Of a stretch of 64,000 nucleotides of DNA, positions 45,901-57,900 are shown piece by piece (position 1 is the first letter of the stretch; every line of letters begins with the position of its first letter). The translations under genes were made by a program, and so were the position numbers. Source of the stretch: a virus; the IMG/VR virus record IMGVR_UViG_3300022694_000001. One strand, given 5' to 3'. The notes beneath the pieces were generated by a model, which was given only the letters and a program-made list of their open reading frames with translations, did no database searches and was not told the origin of the DNA.

Positions 45901-48900
45901 GGGGGTTACGGAGGGGCCGACCGAAACGCATGAACAGGCTTCTCGTAATGCTGGGGTTAGTCCGGTTGAAGGTGTTGATGAAGCGGGCCAAGGGCCAGGA
46001 CCGATCGAACAGGCGCACGGCGAGATAAACAATCTTGTGGTGCCGGATGTGTCGCCGGCTGTGAATACGGCGACGCAACATGCGTTGCGCGGGCTGATCA
46101 AAATTGCCAACGGCGAATCGATGGAAGCGTTGACCACGGCAGAAAAGGCGGCGGTGAACGCAAAGACGACCGATGGATTGCCTCGAGTTGTGATGGTGAA
46201 AAGGGCTGACGGCAAACAACAGCCGGTTATCACGGACGCGACGCTCGAACGGATCCGGCAGATTGCGCCGGTTACTGCACAAGTGATGCCGCAGAGCGAG
46301 GGTGAGCAACGGCAGCGGATACTTAATCCTGTTGAAGAAATAACGCCGGAATCTGGTTCAGTTGAAAAGGGAGAGATTCAACCAAACAAGAAAACTCCTG
46401 AGATTTCTCAACCGAGCTTCGAAGTGGCCATTGAGCGGCCGAGTGGCGAAGTGGAGACGCGGACGGTGCAGGCTGCGAGTGCAGAGGCCGCAAAGGGACA
46501 GGTCGCTGGTTCAATTTCTCCCGGACAGGGGATGGTGCGCGATGTTTCCGAAGTTCCACAGGCGATGTCCGGTTTTGTCCCCTTAGATGAGGGGCAAAAA
46601 ATGGACACGGCTACAGCCTTGTCGGATGAGATGGTGGGCCAGGTGCGGGAGCAGGCTGGCCGCGAGCTCCAACCGGAAGAGGAGCAGGCGGTGCGCGGTA
46701 TCGCGGAACGCGTTACGCCTGCGATTGAGAAGTTTCGAGGGGCGTTCAGTTCGATTCAGGCCACGCTTGAGCCGCGGGGGTCGATGGGTGCGTTCACGAC
46801 TATTCCCGAAGGTAAATTAGTGCTTTCGCTGCCGGACATTGTGCGGCACGCGCAGGAATGGGGCGAGCCGGAAGGTCCGGACCTGGTTGTTGAACAGGAA
46901 GCGATTCATGCGGTCGCGGACCAACTGCATCAGCAGGGCAAGATCGATCCGGAAGGTATTGCGCGCGATATGCCCGCTGAACTGCGGGAGCATGTGGCCG
47001 GCGTTTACAACCCGGACGTTCCGATGGAGGAGCGGAATGATCTCGAGGACGGCCACGAATTTTTGCGCTTACTGGTGCAACACCAGTTGAGAGTGGACGA
47101 AGGCAAAGTGGTCGATGCCGACGGGAAAGTAATCACCGAAAACTTGTCGCCTGGCTTTATCGCACGGATCCGGCAGGCGTTGGTGCGCTTGTTCGAAGTG
47201 TTTCGGGACATGGCGAAACGGCTCGGGGAGATGGGCGCGAAACCGGAGTACGTCGAGCAGGTGCAAAAAGCGCGGGATTTAATCGTTACCCGATTAAGAG
47301 AAGTTGACGCTGGCAGCCGCGGTGCGTATGAGACAACCAATGGCGGTAAGACGGCTCAGGTCAAAGGTAAAGGTGGTAAAGCTCCCGCAGAACGATCTGT
47401 GGAAGGGGAATTACGTGTCGAGCCTAAGCCGACAGCAGGCCAGGGACAAGTTGCGGGTGCTGGTGTTGGTGGAGCAGTTGGACAACCACATGGAGTCATG
47501 TCGGCTGCGACGAAAACTCTTACTGGCCAGGCTGGATCAGGTGCCGGAGCGGAACTGACCTCCAAGGAGATCGCTCAGGCGGCAATCGCGATTGGTGCTC
47601 CTCGGGATAAGATTACAAAACCGTGGTGGGATAAGGTCGGCAATAAGCACGTTCTCTCTCAGGGTGGGCGCTCGGTGAACGTGGCGTATGTTGCCCAGGA
47701 AGCCAGCAAGGGGCGCACGTCGCATGACGCGCTGGGTAATGCGTCGTCCGGTTACGATCTGAGTTTGCAGCCGCGTGACCGGAGCTTGGCGCAGTACCGG
47801 AAGCAATCGCAAAATATCGCGCAGAATTTGGACTTTGCGCAGGCGGCTTTCTTTCCCGAAACGACTACGCCGGCGACGACGGGCGACATCGGCGCGCCAG
47901 TGATGACGCCTACGGGAGACACGCTGATTGGGAACGGACGCGAGATAGGGATTAAAGCTGCGTACGCTGCGAACAGCCCGCAGGCGCGCGCTTACAAGCG
48001 AGATTTTGTGCATAACGCTGCCAGGTTCGGGATTGACCCTGCCGCTGTGATGAAGATGCGGCAGCCGGTGTTGAAACGGGTGATTCTGGATGATTTGCCG
48101 AAGGACGAGCTGATCAGGCTCAGCCAGGAATCCAATGAAGGCGTGGCGATGGGTGTGAACGCGACTGAGATCGCGAATCGCGACGCGACGCGGCTGACTC
48201 CTGAGATACTTTCCGAGTTTGATCCGAATTACGCGCTGGACGCGGCGAAGAATCGCGGGTTTTTGCGGAGTTACCTGCAGAACGTGGTCAGCGGCGCGGG
48301 CGCGAACGAGGCAAATATCAACTGGCCGGACCTTGCGCGGCGGGTGCGCGCTGCGGTGTTCACGTATGCGTATGGCGCGGATGAAGCGGGTCGGGCCGCG
48401 CTCGAGCGGTTACAAGGCGAAGACTCGAGCCGCAAAATCACGGACGGGCTTTTAACGGTGGCGCCGATCGTGGCTCGGATGAAGGCCGATATTGCCAGTG
48501 GCGATTTGTTTCCGCTGGATATTTCTCCGGAAATCGCGCGGGCGGTCCAGGATATTTCGGAGGCGCTTCGGGACAGGCCGAAAGGACAGAGCGCGAGCGT
48601 GGCGTTGGATGGGCTTGTTGCGCAGGGCGAGTTAATTCCGGCAGGCGACGCGCCTGCCCTACAACAATCGGTTCGTGATTTTGTGATTGCGAACCGCGGG
48701 AACCGGGCGGCGATCGAGGAGGCGTTGAGCAATTACGTCGAATCGGTGTATGAGATTGGGAATCCGAAGCAGCCGAACTTGTTTGGTGAACAGGCGGGAG
48801 AAGAATCGGATCGGACGCAACTTTGGAATTTAGCGACCAAGCCAGAAGCGATTGCGCCGAAGACAGAGCAGAGAGAACTTGCTGCGCAAGCTCTCAGAAG

Positions 48901-51900
48901 TCGGATGTCAGAGGACAGAGGGCAGCTTACGCCTCTGGATCACGTGATTCATCGGAAACTACGTGCCGGAAAGAGCGTGGAAACGGTCGCGAAAGAACAC
49001 GGCATGAAAGTGGAGCATGTCGAGCGGACTTATGACCGGGTGAATCGATCCCAGGAAATTCGAACTCTCCTATCACAACAAACATTTCGATCTGAAACCG
49101 ATGCTTTTGCTGCGGCAGAGAAGGCTAAACCGAGTTTCGATCAGACATTGGAAGACGTAGCTAAGGCTACCGGGGCGCGCGCAATGACTACGCCAATCAA
49201 GAGCAGGGAGCGCGCTGCGGCGAAGGTGGCGGCAGATTACAGGGGCGATTGGAGCAAGATCAAAGATTTGGTTCGCGGAACGATTGTGGTGCGCGATCTC
49301 GACCAGGCGAAGGCAGTCGTCGGAGCGTTGGCGCAACGGTTCGGAGTGGAACCCAAGCGTGACTTCAATCAGCCGTTACAGAGCGGCTACAGGGACGCTT
49401 TGTTTAATCCGATTATCAATGGCTACGTCGCCGAGATTCAGGTTCATATCGAACCGATCATTCACGCGAAAAGCACGTCGCACACATTTTACAAAAGACA
49501 TCAAGAAATTCAGCGCGCTGCGCAGGTAGAAAATCGTGCGTTAAACAGCCAGGAACTTCGGACTATCGAGCGTCTTAATATGGCGCAGCAGAGAATTTAC
49601 GCGGCGGCTTTCGGCAACATCTCGGGAGAGATCAGTTCGACGGCATCTGAAGGCTTGCAAGGAAAGGCACCGACCGATTTGATTTCTTCTGGCGTTATTG
49701 GTCGCGGAGAATCGCCGTCGAAAGCCCAAGCGGTCCCGTCCTTATCTACCACGATTCCGAAGCCGGCGGGGGCTTCCATGAAGGATTTAGCGTCGGGGAA
49801 GGCGGCGATTGCTTCTTCGTCTGTCATTCCACCTTCTCTTACACCGACTGGTGGTGTTCGTCATCAAGAAGTTTTGCTGGCGCAGAAACTCAAAGACACT
49901 GGGACGCTAGACCTATTCGGGGATTACGTGGGCGCGTTGCCGGCGGCGGCGAAAGCGAGTAAACCGGCGCTCAAACGCGAGGTTGAAAAGGATGTGCCGA
50001 GCCTTGCGGAGAGCGGGGCGGCGCTGAGCAATCTTTTTGAGTTGGCGCAGCCGGGGAAGACCTATGAGGTTTCTAACCCAGTCCAATTCCCGAAAGTTCT
50101 TTCGGCTACGAGATACAGTGACTCGACTGTTGCGAAGGTGGCACATAACTATGTTACCCACCAAACGGAATACGGATACCGTGTCGAGCTAGAGGATGGG
50201 CGTCAGTGGATCGGTTCGGCCAAGAATCGAGACGCAGCCATCACGAAAGCGCAATACGAGTTTCGAAAAACGTTGACGGAAGCGCCTGCGGCGGGTATTC
50301 CACAGGCAAATGAAGACGCAGTTCGAAAAACCGCCAGAGCTAACCGAAAAGCGAAGGTTGGCACTGAGACAGCAACCGGAGTGGATGACTTGTTTTCGCT
50401 CCTGGCTGAACAGCACGGATCCGAGCGAGATACGGGATTGGCTGGGGGGGTCGTACAAGACGCTATTGGAGCACCTGGACGAACTGACGTGGCGGGTGCT
50501 GGCGATCTACCTGGACACGAAACAGACGCCGGACGACCTGGCGGAAGCGTTACGGCAGGAGATACCGATGGAGGACGAGGACTCGCAGAACCCACTGACA
50601 CCGGAGGAAACGCAGCGCCTAGTGAAACTGGCGGAAAGCGCACACTTCCCAAGTTAGTTAGTCGGCCCGCGGACCCGAACGCTCGGAATTACGTCATTCC
50701 GCGCGACACAAAAGAGATTGCTCCACGCGGAGCGATGGCCAAACTGCGCGCCAATCAGGACGCGATCAAGTTACTGAAACAGATCGAGACCGAACAGCGT
50801 CTCGCGACTCCTGAAGAAAAATCGCAACTGGTCAAGTATTCGGGTTGGGGCGCGCTCTCCCAGGCGTTCGATGACGCAAAGGCGGATCGAATTGCCGCTG
50901 GTGAGATCTCGGAACTGAATACCGAGCTGCAACGTTATCGTGGCTACCAGGAGAGGAATCGCGAGTCCAGTTATTACAGCGGCGAGATTGGGCGACTAGA
51001 AAAAGACATCCGCAGCCTTGAAAGCTGGCAAAGCAAGTGGGGCGACATTCACTCCGAACTAAAGTCGATGCTCACCCCGGACGAATACAAGCGCGCGATG
51101 CGAAGCACGATCAACGCGCATTATACCTCTCCAGAGATGATCAAGTCCATGTGGGACATTGCCGCGCATCTCGGATTCAAGGGCGGTAACGTGCTCGAGC
51201 CCGGCGCCGGTATCGGTCATTTCTTTGGGCTTATGCCGGAAGAGCTTTTATCCCGGTCCAGTCTTCATGCAGTAGAGCTCGACGACATTAGCGGCCGGTT
51301 GACCAAGATGCTTTATCCGGAGGCCGACGTGCAAATCACTGGCTTCCAAAACGCGGACATCGCCGATGGGTCAGTGGACCTGTCGATTTCAAATGTGCCT
51401 TTCGCGAATGTGCCGGTCACGGACAAGGCGATGGAACTCTCCGGCGGGCCTACGGATAACCTGCACGATTATTTCCTGGCCAACATGATCAAGAAGTTGC
51501 GCCCCGGCGGATTAAACATCGCTATTACAAGCGCGTTCACGATGGACAAGGGCGCGAGCGAAAACCGAAAATGGATGGCAGACCGCGCGGACCTGGTAGC
51601 GGCGTTCCGGTTGCCGAACAACGCTTTCAAGGCCAATGCAGGCACGGATGTGGTGACTGATATTTTGGTGTTTCGCAAAAAAGATGGACAGATTTTTCCG
51701 CACGCGAAGGATTGGACGATGCTGGATAACGCTACGACACAAAAAGGCGATCCGATTCGGGTAAACCAATATTTCGCGCAGCATCCACAGGATATTCTTG
51801 GGTTCCTGGCAGACGACGGCGAGATGTTCGCGCACGGCGCCGGCGAAAAAGAGATGACGGTGCACGCGGACCCAAACCGGCCGCCTGCGGTGGCGCTGGA

Positions 51901-54900
51901 GCAAGCCATTGACAATTTACCGAAGGACATCGCAGGCGACGGGAACGCGGCCGAAGTGCGCAGCAACGATCCGACCATCTCGAAGATGGGGAATATCGTG
52001 GAGAAAGACGGCAAGTATTTCTTCCACGGGCAAGCGGAGCCGGACGAGGCGTTGAATGATCCTAAGAACGCGAAGCGAGTTCGAAAGTTTATTGAGACGC
52101 GCGACGTTTTGAATGAGCAGTACCGGCTGGAACTGGATCCGGAAGCGACCGACGAAGATGTTGAAGCTAATCGTCGGATGTTGAACGCGCGTTACGATTC
52201 GTTCACCGCCGATTTCAGTAATTTTCATACTCCGAAAAACAAAGGGCTATTCATTGACGATCCGGATTGGTTCCGGTTGGCCGGCGCGGAGACACCGATT
52301 CAGGTTTCAGGCGGCGTTAAAGAGATGTTGTCGATTTTGGACGGCAAAAAGAGCCGACAATTTACAAAGGCCGACGTGTTCAAGAAACGCGTGCTTACGC
52401 CGATCATTGAACCCACGAAAGCTGACAGTCTAGAAGACGCTTTCGGAATGAGTCTCGGTTGGCGCGGTCGCGTGGACCTTGGCTACATTTCGGATTTAAC
52501 CGGCCAAAGCCGGGAACAAGTGGAACAAGGATTGGTCGCATCCGGCATCGTGGTGCGCGACCCAGAAAACGGGCAACTTCAATCTCGCGAGCAATACCTG
52601 GCTGGCAATGTGCGTAAGAAACTCGACATCGCTAAAGCCGCAGGCCCGGATTACGAGCGCAACGCTCAAATGCTAGAGGCGGTTCAACCGGAGGACGTGC
52701 CAATCGACGAAATCCGGTTCAAGATCGGCGCGACATGGGTGCCAGTGGACGCTTACCAGCAATTCCTGAGCACGATCGGGATTGAGTTACCCATTGAATA
52801 CCACACAGCTCTCGCCGGCGGGCGCGACTTTTACACCGTAGGCTTGCGTGATTACCGTGCGACCGGTGTAGCGCACAAAGATTTCAGGACAGACCAGGTG
52901 AGTGTGCCTGAGTTGATGGACTCGATGCTGAACATGAAGCGCATCGAGGTTCTCCACACCGACAAGGATCGAAAGGGTGATACCGATGAAGGCGCAACTA
53001 TGGCGGCTAGGGATGCGGGTAAACGGTTGAGTGACGCTTTTGTGGCTTACGCGAAAGGCAATGCGGAGCTTGGTCCGCGGCTCGCGCAAATCTATAACCG
53101 CGAGGCGAACGGGTTCGCGCAACGGACGTATGACGGACAATTCCTTACTCTCCCGTGGAAAAATAAGGATTTCGATCTTTTCCCCGACAAAAAGAACGTC
53201 ATTTGGCGCGCGATACAAGATCGATATGCACTAATTGCGTGGGGCGTTGGCGGCGGCAAAACAGTGATTGCGGCCGGGATCGCGCTTGAATTGCGTCGCC
53301 TCAAACTAGCGTTAAAGCCGATGGTGGTGGTGCACAACTCCACGCTGGAGCAGTACGCCGACGAGATTGCGGTGATTGCGCCGAGCGCCCGGGTATTGAT
53401 CGGACGCAAAGACGAACTCTCTGGCGCGAAACGGAAAGAGTTCCTGATGCGAATTGCTGCCGGCGACTGGGACGCGGTAGTTATCGCGCATAGCACCTTC
53501 GGATTGATCGAAGACGACCCAGTGTTTCAGACAAAACACATGGAATCGCTCGTGGACGAAGCGATGCAGAGTTTAACGGATCGCGGATACAACTCAGTCT
53601 CGGATGCCAAGAAATCGCGCGAACCCAGTGTGAAGCAACTAGTCAAGATGATCGAGCAGCTTGAGACGAAGATTCAGGCACTTTCCGAGCGAAAAACCGA
53701 CACGGGCCTCTTGAATTTCCAACAACTCGGCGTGGACGCGCTGATCGTGGATGAAGTGCACAAGTTTAAGAAAATGCCGTTCTCGACCAAGCTGGACGTA
53801 AAAGGCATCGACAGCGGCATGAGCCAGCGCGGTTACGCCATGTTGCTCCGAGCCAGGTCAATTCAGGAGCGTAACGGCGGCAAAAACGTGTTCTCGATGA
53901 CTGGCACGCCAGTCACGAATACGCTGGGGGAAATCTGGAACCAGGTAAGACTGGTGGCGCCGCATCTCCTGAAAGAATACGGCGTTGAAACGTTCGATCA
54001 ATTCGTCAGCAAGTTTGCCGAGGTCGAGACGATCAGCGAAGCCGGCCCGAGCGGTGAACGCAAGATGGTGGAGCGCCTATCGAAGATCGTAAACCTGCCT
54101 GAGTGGTCCACATTTTTCCGGCAAGCTGCCGACGTGAAACTGGGCGACGACATGGTGGTAAAGAATCGTCCGGGCATCAAAGGAGGCGGCGGACAACTGA
54201 TCGCGCTGGAGCGCACACCTGGCACGGCCGCGTGGGTTAATTATATCCGCAACGTGCTCGAAGGGTTCAAAGAGCTAAAATACGACGATTTTAAGGATAA
54301 TAAGAGCCTGTTTGCTGTGCCGGTGCAGGCTTACATCGCGAGCCGAGCCGCAGCGATCGACATTCGGTTGATCGAACCGCGCGCCAAAGATGAGTCGGGC
54401 AGTAAGGCTAACAGGGCGGTTCGCGGCATAATCAAACTCTATCGAGAGACCACGCCATACAACGGGACACAGGTGATCTTCTCCGACTCGTTCAACCAAG
54501 TCAAAACCAGTTTGTTTGATGCCGTGGTGCCACGGTCGAATCTCAACCTAGAGCTCGACCCCAGTAAACCGCCAGGAACGACATTTAATCTTTACGAAGA
54601 CATCAAGGCGAAACTGATAGCTCTCGGCGTGCCGGCGGAAGAAATCGCGATTGTTGCCGACAAAGAATTTGATAATGCCAAGCGAAAAAAATCACTCTTC
54701 GAGGATGTGAATAAGGGCAAGGTTCGCATCGTGATGGGCAGCACGGAGAAACTCGGCACCGGCGTCAACATGCAGGAGCGGATGCTTGCGGCGTGGAACC
54801 TGGACGTTCCGTGGACAGCCGCAGGGTTAGAGCAACGCGACGGGCGCGTGTATCGGCAAGGCAATGTGCACGCGGAGATGGGCGTACCCGTGGAATTGAC

Positions 54901-57900
54901 GCGGTTGGGAATGAAAGACACGCTGGATGAATCGCTCTGGAAAATTATTGAGCGCAAACTGCGGATCCAGAAACAGGCGTTAAGCGGTAAGATCGTGGGG
55001 CGCGAACTCGAAGAGATGAGCGATGTCCTGAGTCTCGCGGAGCAAGCCTCGATTTTAAGCGGCCCATACGGAGCCGAGAGTTTCGAGCTGGATAGCCGGA
55101 TTCGGGAATTAGAAGGGAGCCGGGCCGGGCACGACCGTCAAGTTGCAAACCGAGATTCGGAGATCAGGTCGTCGAAAGAATGGCTGCGCCAGCAGGAAGC
55201 CGAAGAGGCGCGGTCTGAGCCGGCGATGCAGTTAATGGCAAAACTCGGTGAGCGCGTCTCGAAAGACGGTGCTCAGATCACGGTAGATGGCGATTCGTTT
55301 GAGACTAAGACGGCGATGGTGGAGCGTGTGAACGCGTTATTGGACGCGGAGAAAAACAAACCGACCAACGAAAAAAGCAAAGCCATTTTCTCAGTGGCGG
55401 TCAACGGCGTTCCGGTGCGGTTGGATGTTACTCCTACAGAATATGACGAATGGGATGTTGCGGGTGTAGAAAGCAAGAGGGTAACGAAACCGTCCGCGCA
55501 GTTCGATCTGATGGCGACGGATTCCAATAGCCCGAAATTCGGGCGCGTAACCAGCGCGGCGACGCTGTTGGCGCGCCTCGAGGAATTAAGCGGGACGGTG
55601 GACGGAATCAGGGAAGGCCGAAAGAATAACACGGCGCGATTACGGCAACTGGCCGAGATGCAGCAATTGGGTAAATGGCCGTTTAAAGAGGAATACCAGA
55701 GAGCACTTGCGCGACAGAAAGAGCTTTTGAAGCTGATGCGCGGGGAAGAACTCAAAAAAACAGGAGAAGGAGAAGAAACGCCGAACGCTCAACGCCCAAC
55801 GCCCAACGCTCAACCGGCAGAATTGCGAGCACAGGCGACGGCGGATGCTGCCAAGACGCCGGCGGAACGGTTTAAGGATGCGTGGCCGTTGGCTGAATCG
55901 ATTGCACGCTCGTATTCGAATATCCCCGGCGTGACGCTGAAGGACGTGGAGCAACATGCCCGGATTGCTCTGGTGCGCGCGGCGCGTGAGTTTGATCCTG
56001 CTCGCGGGGCCGCAATGGACACGTTTGCGCGCAAAGTGGTCGGGAATGAGTTGCGCAGTCTTTACGGCAGGCAGATGCGAACGGCGGGGCGGGAATCGAC
56101 GGTGCTGGATGTTCCCGTCTCCGCCGAAGGCTCTGCCGCGGTTTCACAAAAAGAAAACATCGTCGGGCCGAGCGATGTTCGGGCGGACGTGGCGCGGACT
56201 GAGGCGACACAAATGCTTTCGACCGCGATTGACGAGTTGCCGGACAAAATGCGAGACGTGATGAATGGAATCTTGTCCGGGAAAGAGACGCTGGGCGAGA
56301 TCGGGGAACGGCTTGGCGGATTACCGAAACAAGCCGTAGGCCGGCTGGCGAGTGCGGCTATGCGCCGGTTGAAAGGGAAACTTGGTGAGAAAGGCGTTTC
56401 TGGTGTGACGGATCTGTTGAGTCAGGAAACGACCACGGATAACACGGATACGGAGAAAAAGACGTTATCGGATTTCTTGGCGAAGCATGATGCGTCGAAG
56501 GGCACCGTTCCCGCTAAAAAGATAGCTGAGCCGACTAGGAGGAATGTTAAGTTAGCTGAGAAGCTCGGAAATCAATCAACGAGAGACTCGTCTGTTGTTC
56601 CTAATTTTCGGCCTGTGGAGCAGGAAATCGCGATTGGAAGGGCTTATGGCTACAGCGATAACGACATCGCAGCATACTTGCAGCGCAATTACGTGGATCG
56701 AATACCCGAACGTGTTGCGCAAACGTCTGTAGGCGTTCGACCACCGCAGGAGCTAATTGACAAGTATCCAGAGTTAAAACACGCCATTAAAGTTTCCGAG
56801 AAATATGGGCATTTAGTGAAACTCAGCGAGCAACTGGAACTACTGAGTCAGGTCGTCGAGGATGAAGTGAAGCTGTCTGAATCGGCTGATCCGGTGGCGT
56901 CGTTCATGGAGCTTATGCGGGATGATCCGGTTGAGAAGTTGCGCGGTATAAAAGGCATTGGGCGGCCTGATCTGGCGCTGGGCGCGGAGCCTGCCATGCG
57001 GCCGGTGCACGAGTTTCATACTGCCACGGCTACGCCGCAAAAACTGGATGATTGGGACAAACAAGGCGAAGCGATTTTGCGCAGCCGCGGCGACAAATTG
57101 CCAGCGGATGTTACTAAACGTTGGCTGGATGGCTCAGTGCTCGAGCCCGCGGAAGTGCGCGCGACACAGCAATATCTCATCGAAAAACAGGGGCAACCGA
57201 AGACGCCAGAGGAACAACGCGGGTATGACGCGTTGGCGTACGCTTATACCAAGATCGGGGAAGCGACCGCACGGGCGTTGTCTGCGCGCCGTGATCCGTT
57301 CAAAACGCCGGAGGAGAGGAACCGTGAATTTATCGGGAAAGCTCTTGTGCATTTGTCGGCTACTGAAGATCGCGAACTGGACGCGATTGCCGATCACAAG
57401 GAGAAAGTGGCGCGCTTGGAGCAGATCGTTCAGGGGCGACGCACTCAGATCAACGCGGCGCTGGAGCATGTCGCCGGAAAGGGCGTGACGATTGACGATA
57501 TTTTGTCCGGCGGCACGGAATTGCGGTTAAAAGGCGCCAAAATGATCGAGAATCAGATGGCGGGTTACGGCGAATCGGAAAAGAAAGTGATCAAGCTGGC
57601 GCAGACCGGGGCGCGCAGCGCTGCGGAGATTGCGAAAGCGACAGGGCTCAGCGTCAAACAGGTCAACGACATCAACGACCAGTTCGTATCCGATCTGGAA
57701 ACGAAATTGATGGCTAAGACTCGGGCCGGGGCGACGCTTGAGAATTTGGATGCGCAGCAGATTGCACTTTTGGCGCAGGAGACGGAACGGCGGCCAGGGG
57801 CCTCCGCTACAGTATCCGAAGACGTTGCTCGCGCTGAGGCGCGAAAAATGATCAAGGCGATGGGGTTTGTGGCGAGCAAGGATTTGGGCACGATGAAAGT

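Noticed and set aside
46362-46586. +1-frame ORF in the giant gene as another nested gene
   Set aside because: TTG start, Arg/Trp-rich shadow composition, and the main frame looks structured here
49845-49880. Copy of the 17-bp palindrome driving the antisense gene
   Set aside because: Only partial resemblance (ttgatg...cagtcgg) with wrong spacing
56400-56880. Antisense gene behind the sigma-like domain
   Set aside because: Manual translation of the minus frame equivalent to the 49597 gene gave early stops and shadow composition; the ORF track shows no convincing ORF in the other frames
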